NCBI GenBank assembly: GCA_012840395.1
Contig: DULL01000010.1
Coordinates: 16,264 to 80,263 of the forward strand
Length of the DNA stretch: 64,000 nucleotides
Origin: Clostridiaceae bacterium
Lineage (GTDB): Bacteria > Bacillota > Clostridia > Acetivibrionales > DULL01
Direction of reading: 5' to 3'
Shown here: in pieces, positions 58,218 to 64,000 of the stretch
Layout of the letters: each line of letters begins with the position of its first letter
Position numbering within the stretch: the stretch's first letter is position 1
The notes under the pieces: generated by a model
Told to the model about the DNA's origin: nothing
What the model saw: only the letters and a program-made list of their open reading frames with translations
Databases searched by the model: none
Position numbers and translations under genes: made by a program

Positions 58218-59084
58218 TTGCCACATTTTTTTAAGAAAAAGATATTCATTCTGACAATAATAACCATTATATTGATAGCTTTAATAATTGTTTCATACAA
58301 TAATATCCAAAGTATGAACTGGCTTAACAATATTATTAGTGTTCCTCTTACGCCTATACAAAATGCATTTTCTTTTTTGGGGAAGAAAATTGAAGAAGGT
58401 ATTACCTTTTTTAATGATGTGAAAGAAATCAGAAAAGAGAATGAGGAACTAAAAATATTGGTGGCAGAGCTTCAGCTGGAAAATAGAGAGCTTACAGGAT
58501 ACAGAGAAAAGGTCAATGAATTGAGGGAAGCCTTAAAACTGAAAGACCAATTTAATGATTATGATATTATCGGTGCAAATATTATAGCAAAGGATCCTGG
58601 AAACTGGTTTAATATTTTTAAGATTGATGTAGGCAAAAGGGATAATGTCACTGAGGACATGCCGGTAATTACTAGTGGAAAGAGCCTGGTAGGAAGAATA
58701 ATGAGTGCTGATTTCACTTCCTCTAAAGTTATATCAATAATTGACGAGGACAGTGTAGTAAGTGCAAAGCTTGCCAAGCCGGGAGGAGGACACGTTATTA
58801 TCAGAGGTGATGTGACTTTAAAGGATAAAGGGTATTGCCGTATGGATTATATACCTTTAGATGCAGATGTTGCGGTAGGTGACATCGTAGAAACTTCAGG
58901 CCTTGGAGGGATATACCCAAAAGGGATACTGATCGGAAGCGTCATAGAAGTAAAAAAGTCTGCCAGTGAATTAAGCAGGTATGCCATAGTAAAGCCGGAA
59001 GTAGACTTTAAAAAACTTGATGAAGTTTTTGTACTGATAAATAAGAATGTTAACGAGGCTGGTAATACTGATAATGAAAATTAG
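58218..59084 (+). CDS. mreC: Rod shape-determining protein MreC
   Basis: TM anchor, coiled coil (ENEELKILVAELQLENREL), beta-barrel C-terminus (VETSGLGGIYPKGILIG). TTG start after GAAGGGAG. Confidence 0.92.
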   Translation: MPHFFKKKIFILTIITIILIALIIVSYNNIQSMNWLNNIISVPLTPIQNAFSFLGKKIEEGITFFNDVKEIRKENEELKILVAELQLENRELTGYREKVNELREALKLKDQFNDYDIIGANIIAKDPGNWFNIFKIDVGKRDNVTEDMPVITSGKSLVGRIMSADFTSSKVISIIDEDSVVSAKLAKPGGGHVIIRGDVTLKDKGYCRMDYIPLDADVAVGDIVETSGLGGIYPKGILIGSVIEVKKSASELSRYAIVKPEVDFKKLDEVFVLINKNVNEAGNTDNEN

Positions 59085-59610
59085 AATACCAGTTTATGTG
59101 GTTTGTATTTTAATTATTGCATCAATTCAGTCTACATTAGTAGACTATATCAAAATAAATAATGTAAAGCCAAACTTACTGCTGATTTTTATTATTTCCA
59201 TAGCTTTGCTCAGGGGGAATATTGAAGGGGGAATAGTTGGTTTTTTTGCCGGACTTGTACAGGACATTTTATTCGGAAAAGTTTTAGGGTTCTATGCTTT
59301 AATTGGGCTTTATTTTGGGGTTGTAATAGGGATGTTGAATAAGCGGCTTTATCGTGACAATTATTTAGTTGTTACGTTTTTTACATTTACTTCCACGATA
59401 GTGTATGAATTACTTATTTATTTGTTTAATACTTTACTGCCCCTGGCACTTTCTTCCGGAGATTTTAGCTTTGAACTCCTTAACCCCCTTATGAATGTGA
59501 CTTTAACTGAGACTTTATATAACAGCTTAATGTCTATTCCGATATATATATTAACTATGAAAATTGATAACAAGATAGAAATTGCTATCAAGAATTCAAG
59601 GAAGTTTTAA
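59074..59610 (+). CDS. mreD: Rod shape-determining protein MreD
   Basis: Five-TM small protein following mreC. ATG 59074 overlaps the mreC stop. Confidence 0.85.
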   Translation: MKIRIPVYVVCILIIASIQSTLVDYIKINNVKPNLLLIFIISIALLRGNIEGGIVGFFAGLVQDILFGKVLGFYALIGLYFGVVIGMLNKRLYRDNYLVVTFFTFTSTIVYELLIYLFNTLLPLALSSGDFSFELLNPLMNVTLTETLYNSLMSIPIYILTMKIDNKIEIAIKNSRKF

Positions 59611-59624
59611 TAGAGAGGGTCATA

Positions 59625-61745
59625 GTGAAAAAGTTTTTCAAGGACAGATTTGTAATAGTTGCGTTGTTTTTTTTAGCTTTTGGGATTGCTATTGTGTTTC
59701 AGTTAGTAAAAATACAGATTATTCATGGAGAAGAGTATGATAAGGCTTCACAGCGTAAAGTCCTTAAGGAGAGGACTATTTTGGCTTCCAGGGGTAATAT
59801 TATGGATAGAAATGGCATCCCAGTGGCAGTGAACCGTCAGGGATTTACCATTCAAATTGTCAAAGCTGGTCTGAATACCGCCGAATTGAATGATATGGTA
59901 CTTAGACTTGTTGATATTTTTGAAAAAAATAATGATAATTATAATAAAACCTTGAGGAAATATTTAACATTTAATCCGGTAACTTTTAATTCTCATTCAT
60001 TAGAAACTATTAAAAACTGGCAGGAAAGAGTATTTGGAATTAAGGGTGAAGATTTTATTTCTTCACCGGAAGAATTTTTTAATTATCTTAGAGAAAAAGT
60101 ATTTATAATAGATCCCAAGTATTCAGATGATGAAGCATACAAGATTATGACGATAAGATATGAAATTCTGGTAAATAACTGGTTTTATACAATTGGAAAT
60201 CCTGTATCACTTGCAAAGGATGTAAGTATAAACACTATTGCTGAAGTGGAGGAAAGACACCACGAGTTTAAAGGTATAATAACAGGAACAGAGCCATTGA
60301 GAAAGTATCTTAATGCAGCTGATGCAGCACATGTCATAGGGTATGTAGGTTCTATAAATGCTGAACAATTAGAAAAATATAAAGCTGATGGATACGGACC
60401 AAATGATATTATTGGACAGACAGGTATAGAAGCTTATGCAGAAAAATATCTCAGAGGTAAAGATGGAATCAAAAGAGTAGAAGTTGATATGTCCGGAAGG
60501 CTGACAGAAGAGTTGAGCGGAGAACCAGCTATACCCGGAAAAGATATTGTTCTTACCATAGATATGAATTTGCAGAAAATTGCTATGGAATCTCTTAAAA
60601 GAAACATAGAAGAAATAAGAAACAGAGCAAAGAGCTCCTATGATAATAAAAACTTCGGAGATGCAAATGCAGGCGCTGCTGTTGCTATAGACGTGCATAC
60701 AGGAGAAGTGCTTGTAATGGCAAGTTATCCTGGCTACGACCCTGCAGTTTTTCTTGAGGGTGCCAGCAACAAGAAAGCTCAGGAAGAAATTATAAGGCTT
60801 TTTAACGATAATAATAATCCTATGTTAAACAGGGCTATACAGGGTAAATATGCTCCCGGATCTACATTTAAACCCATAACTGCTATCGCAGGACTGGAAG
60901 AAGGGGTTATTACTCCGGATACCATAATTTATGATCGAGGAAGAACCACAATTGGAGGTATGGATTTTGTTTGCCTGGAGTACAGGTCGGGATTAGGTGC
61001 CCATGGGGCATTAAATGTTAAGAGGGCGCTGGAAACATCCTGTAATATATATTTCCACGAATTGGGCTATAGAGTAGGAATAGACGGAATAGTAAAATGG
61101 GCTGACTACTTTGGTCTTGGACGAAAGACAGGAATTGATTTGCTTGATGAAAACAAAGGAACTCTTGCATCCAGGGAATATAAGAAGGACGCCTTTAAGG
61201 AGGAATGGTGGAAAGCTGATACTGCACAAGCTGCCATAGGCCAGCTTTATAACGAATTCACTCCCATTCAGTTAGCAAGGTATATAAGCGCTGTAGCCAA
61301 TGGAGGCAAACTGTATAAGCCCTATGTAATAAAGAAAATCCTGGATCATGAAGGTAATATAGTAAAGGAAACTGTTCCCGAGTACGAGCAGATTCCTATT
61401 AGTGAATCAACCATTAAAGCCATCAAAGAAGGTATGATAGCTGTTACTCAATCTATAGATGGTACTGCAAAGGAAGCTTTTAAAGACTTTCCTTTTGAAG
61501 TGGCCGGTAAAACTGGTACAGCAGAAACAGGTTATGAGAGTAAGCAGTCTTCAAACGCCCTGTTTGTATGCTATGCTCCTGCAGATGATCCTGAAATAGC
61601 CGTAGCCGTCGTTGTTGAAAAAGGTGTATGGGGTTCATATACCGCTCCTATTGCGAGGGATATAATAGAGGCTTATTTTGGATTGAATGACACAAATAAA
61701 AATGATGATAGTATAAAACCAGGCAAAGCATTATTTATAAGGTAA
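59625..61745 (+). CDS. mrdA: Penicillin-binding protein 2 (elongasome transpeptidase)
   Basis: STFK, SCN and KTGTA motifs. GTG start after GAGAGGG. Confidence 0.93.
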   Translation: MKKFFKDRFVIVALFFLAFGIAIVFQLVKIQIIHGEEYDKASQRKVLKERTILASRGNIMDRNGIPVAVNRQGFTIQIVKAGLNTAELNDMVLRLVDIFEKNNDNYNKTLRKYLTFNPVTFNSHSLETIKNWQERVFGIKGEDFISSPEEFFNYLREKVFIIDPKYSDDEAYKIMTIRYEILVNNWFYTIGNPVSLAKDVSINTIAEVEERHHEFKGIITGTEPLRKYLNAADAAHVIGYVGSINAEQLEKYKADGYGPNDIIGQTGIEAYAEKYLRGKDGIKRVEVDMSGRLTEELSGEPAIPGKDIVLTIDMNLQKIAMESLKRNIEEIRNRAKSSYDNKNFGDANAGAAVAIDVHTGEVLVMASYPGYDPAVFLEGASNKKAQEEIIRLFNDNNNPMLNRAIQGKYAPGSTFKPITAIAGLEEGVITPDTIIYDRGRTTIGGMDFVCLEYRSGLGAHGALNVKRALETSCNIYFHELGYRVGIDGIVKWADYFGLGRKTGIDLLDENKGTLASREYKKDAFKEEWWKADTAQAAIGQLYNEFTPIQLARYISAVANGGKLYKPYVIKKILDHEGNIVKETVPEYEQIPISESTIKAIKEGMIAVTQSIDGTAKEAFKDFPFEVAGKTGTAETGYESKQSSNALFVCYAPADDPEIAVAVVVEKGVWGSYTAPIARDIIEAYFGLNDTNKNDDSIKPGKALFIR

Positions 61746-61819
61746 GAATATTAATTATTTTAGTATAAGTATTTATTTATAATGTTAAGAAACAAACTTT
61801 TATACCGGGGGTAATTCTG

Positions 61820-62506
61820 ATGGGTGAAAGTAATATTACTTTTAAGGCAACTGTTAACGGATTACTGCTGATAATGAAGGAAGAAGATGAATTTACGTCT
61901 GTTTTGGAACAACTGGAGAGAAAACTTGACTCAGCAGGTAAATTTTTTAAGGGGGCTTCAATAAATGTTAGATACCGGGGAAAGAAGCTATCACCTGAAG
62001 AGGAAAAAATTATCTATAATCTTATGTTAGAAAAAACATGTGCAGAAATAAACAGCTTTGAAGAAGATCCGGAACAAAATACCGACTTGCAGGAAAATAC
62101 CAATGAAACATTTCAGTTGGGTTCAAGCATAAGGACTATTTATTTTAAAGGAATAGATGAAGGTATTACAAAGTTTCATAGAGGTACTGTGCGTTCAGGT
62201 CAGCTGATAGCTTTTGAAGGAAACGTGGTAATAATCGGAGATGTTAATCCAGGTGGTGAAGTGGTGGCTACAGGTAATGTGGTGGTTATGGGCTCTTTGC
62301 GTGGAAGTGTACATGCAGGTGCTGACGGCAACAAGGATGCAATCGTTGTATCATTAAACCTTCAGCCATCACTTTTGAGAATTGCCGATGTTATCACGCG
62401 GCCACCGGACGAAAGCCATAATATTACTTCGTATGTACCTGAGATCGCTTATATAAAAGATAATCTGATTTATATAGACACTTTTTTACCTGGTATAAAG
62501 CCATAG
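61820..62506 (+). CDS. minC: Septum site-determining protein MinC
   Basis: C-terminal beta-helix repeats (GDVNPGGEVVATGNVVVMGSLRGSVHAG). Confidence 0.92.
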   Translation: MGESNITFKATVNGLLLIMKEEDEFTSVLEQLERKLDSAGKFFKGASINVRYRGKKLSPEEEKIIYNLMLEKTCAEINSFEEDPEQNTDLQENTNETFQLGSSIRTIYFKGIDEGITKFHRGTVRSGQLIAFEGNVVIIGDVNPGGEVVATGNVVVMGSLRGSVHAGADGNKDAIVVSLNLQPSLLRIADVITRPPDESHNITSYVPEIAYIKDNLIYIDTFLPGIKP

Positions 62507-62584
62507 CATATATATTCTGTTTGACAAAGTAAAAAAATAAAGTTATTCTTTTTACAAAGACCTTGGTAAATGGGGGGTATTTTA

Positions 62585-63385
62585 GTGGGGGAAGTAATCG
62601 TAATAACATCAGGAAAAGGCGGAGTTGGAAAGACAACGACAACGGCTAATATCGGCACCGCCCTGTCTTTGCTGAACAAAAAAGTAGTATTGGTGGATAC
62701 AGATATAGGCCTTAGAAATCTGGATGTTGTAATGGGCTTGGAAAATAGGATAGTATATGATTTGGTTGATGTAATAGAAGGTACTTGCAGAGTTAAACAG
62801 GCACTTATTAAAGATAAGCGTTTTGATGGACTTTTCCTCCTTCCTGCAGCACAGACTAGGGATAAGAATGCAATAAACCCTAGGCAAATGATAAGACTTT
62901 GTGAAGAGCTAAAGAATGAATTTGATTATATTCTTGTAGATTGTCCTGCAGGTATTGAGCAAGGCTTTAAAAATGCCATAGCAGGTGCACAAAGAGCCAT
63001 AGTTGTTACTACACCTGAAGTGTCGGCTGTAAGAGATGCAGATAGGATTATAGGACTTCTCGAAGCCCATGAATTAAGAAATCCCAGGCTCCTTGTCAAT
63101 AGAGTAAGGCCAGATATGGTTAAACGGGGAGATATGATGTCTATTGATGATATAGTAGATATTTTAGCTGTTGATTTGATAGGAGTAGTACCCGATGATG
63201 AGAAAATAGTTATATCTACAAACAGAGGAGAACCTGCTGTTACAGACGAGAGATCTTTAGCTGGACAAGCTTTCAGGAATATTGCAAGAAGAATTAATGG
63301 TGAGGAAATACCTATAAGTGTATTTGAAAATGGGGATAATTTTTTTGTTAAGCTGAAGAAACTATTCGGCATAAAGACTACATAA
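62585..63385 (+). CDS. minD: Septum site-determining ATPase MinD
   Basis: GEVIVITSGKGGVGKTT deviant Walker A and a C-terminal amphipathic helix. The GTG at 62585 is better placed behind GGGGGG than the ATG at 62570. Confidence 0.95.
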   Translation: MGEVIVITSGKGGVGKTTTTANIGTALSLLNKKVVLVDTDIGLRNLDVVMGLENRIVYDLVDVIEGTCRVKQALIKDKRFDGLFLLPAAQTRDKNAINPRQMIRLCEELKNEFDYILVDCPAGIEQGFKNAIAGAQRAIVVTTPEVSAVRDADRIIGLLEAHELRNPRLLVNRVRPDMVKRGDMMSIDDIVDILAVDLIGVVPDDEKIVISTNRGEPAVTDERSLAGQAFRNIARRINGEEIPISVFENGDNFFVKLKKLFGIKTT

Positions 63386-63398
63386 AGGAGGAGATTTT

Positions 63399-63686
63399 AT
63401 GCTGCTTGATTTGTTGAAATCACTTACCAAGGTTAAAACTTCATCCAAGGATGTTGCGAAAGAAAGATTAAAGCTTGTATTAGTACATGATAGAGCTAAC
63501 GTGTCTCCTCAGTTTTTAGAAATGGTAAAAAGTGAGATTATAAAAGTTATTACCAATTACATAGATATAGATGAAAGCGCTCTTGATATTCAGATTACCA
63601 GGACTAAAAGCGATGATGGATGTAGTGTTGTGCCGGCTTTAATAGCAAATATCCCTATAAAAAATGTTAAAGGAAGCGGTAAGTAA
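63399..63686 (+). CDS. minE: Cell division topological specificity factor MinE
   Basis: 95 aa, KERLKLVLVHDR motif. Confidence 0.93.
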   Translation: MLLDLLKSLTKVKTSSKDVAKERLKLVLVHDRANVSPQFLEMVKSEIIKVITNYIDIDESALDIQITRTKSDDGCSVVPALIANIPIKNVKGSGK

Positions 63687-63721
63687 TAAATTCCGTAGGG
63701 ATTGCGGAAGAGGTTTGACTA

Positions 63722-64000
63722 ATGAATATAGCTTTACTTGCTCATGAAAGAAAAAAGGAATTATTGGTGAATTTTTGTATAGCTTACAAAACAATACTTC
63801 AAAACCATAACCTTTTTGCGACAGGAAATGTAGGCCAGGCTATTATGGAGGCAACAGGTCTTCATATTAATTTGGTTGCTGCAGGGACTATAGACGGCGA
63901 ACAGCAGATAGCAGCCAGAGTAGCATATAATGAAATGGACCTTGTAATATGGTTCAGAGACGCACTTGCTATCCACGATAATGACACAAGAGAAGGTTCA
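63722..64000 (+). CDS. mgsA: Methylglyoxal synthase, 5' part (runs off the window)
   Basis: ATG 63722. MNIALLAHERKKELLVNFCIAYKTILQNHNLFATGNVG...EQQIAARVAYNEMDLVIWFRD resembles MgsA. The frame stays open to base 64000, so it is not in the ORF track. Confidence 0.85.
   Translation, partial: MNIALLAHERKKELLVNFCIAYKTILQNHNLFATGNVGQAIMEATGLHINLVAAGTIDGEQQIAARVAYNEMDLVIWFRDALAIHDNDTREGS

Noticed and set aside
1-64000. CRISPR arrays, rRNA genes, tandem repeats, insertion sequences, toxin-antitoxin or defence-system gene pairs
   Set aside because: No regularly spaced direct repeats, no rRNA-like stretches, and no transposase, nuclease, methylase or toxin-like ORFs were found on either strand.

Overview
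Low-GC Firmicutes (Clostridia-type) chromosomal segment, densely coding on both strands. I see no transposase, integrase, CRISPR array or rRNA. The content is mostly cofactor and metal housekeeping.

- **1.5-5.5 kb:** a radical-SAM gene, its linked partner gene and RNase G.
- **5.5-9.1 kb:** a thiamine/HMP salvage locus behind a TPP riboswitch.
- **11.3-20.2 kb:** a decayed zone. It holds a kinase gene with an in-frame stop, a dehydrogenase gene stub, two MBL-fold gene remnants and a cbiA remnant. These surround a cobalamin-riboswitch-controlled cobQ-cbiB-cobD module.
- **20-26 kb:** cell-wall genes.
- **26.7-29.6 kb:** an NMT1-type ABC transporter operon. It is led by a TM1266-like ACT protein and an unclassified terminator-containing leader.
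- **32-43.7 kb:** an 11.4-kb block bracketed by a pair of roughly 150-bp inverted repeats. It carries csoR-copA-copZ, a second cobalamin riboswitch with a BtuF/BtuC-like importer, a cyclase, larA and three tRNAs.
- **43.8-55.6 kb:** a Ca-type P-type ATPase, a wall-glycopolymer module, a ParB-like/BMP fusion protein, and an MFS-DUF1638 pair.
- **55.7-64 kb:** the cell-shape and division cluster maf-radC-mreBCD-pbp2-minCDE-mgsA.

The most unusual signals are the inverted-repeat pair, the unclassified leader at 29.4-29.6 kb, the MBL-remnant direct repeats flanking the cob module, and an RBS-occluding alternative hairpin at 50.2 kb. All calls come from reading the sequence and translations by eye. 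No searches were run.
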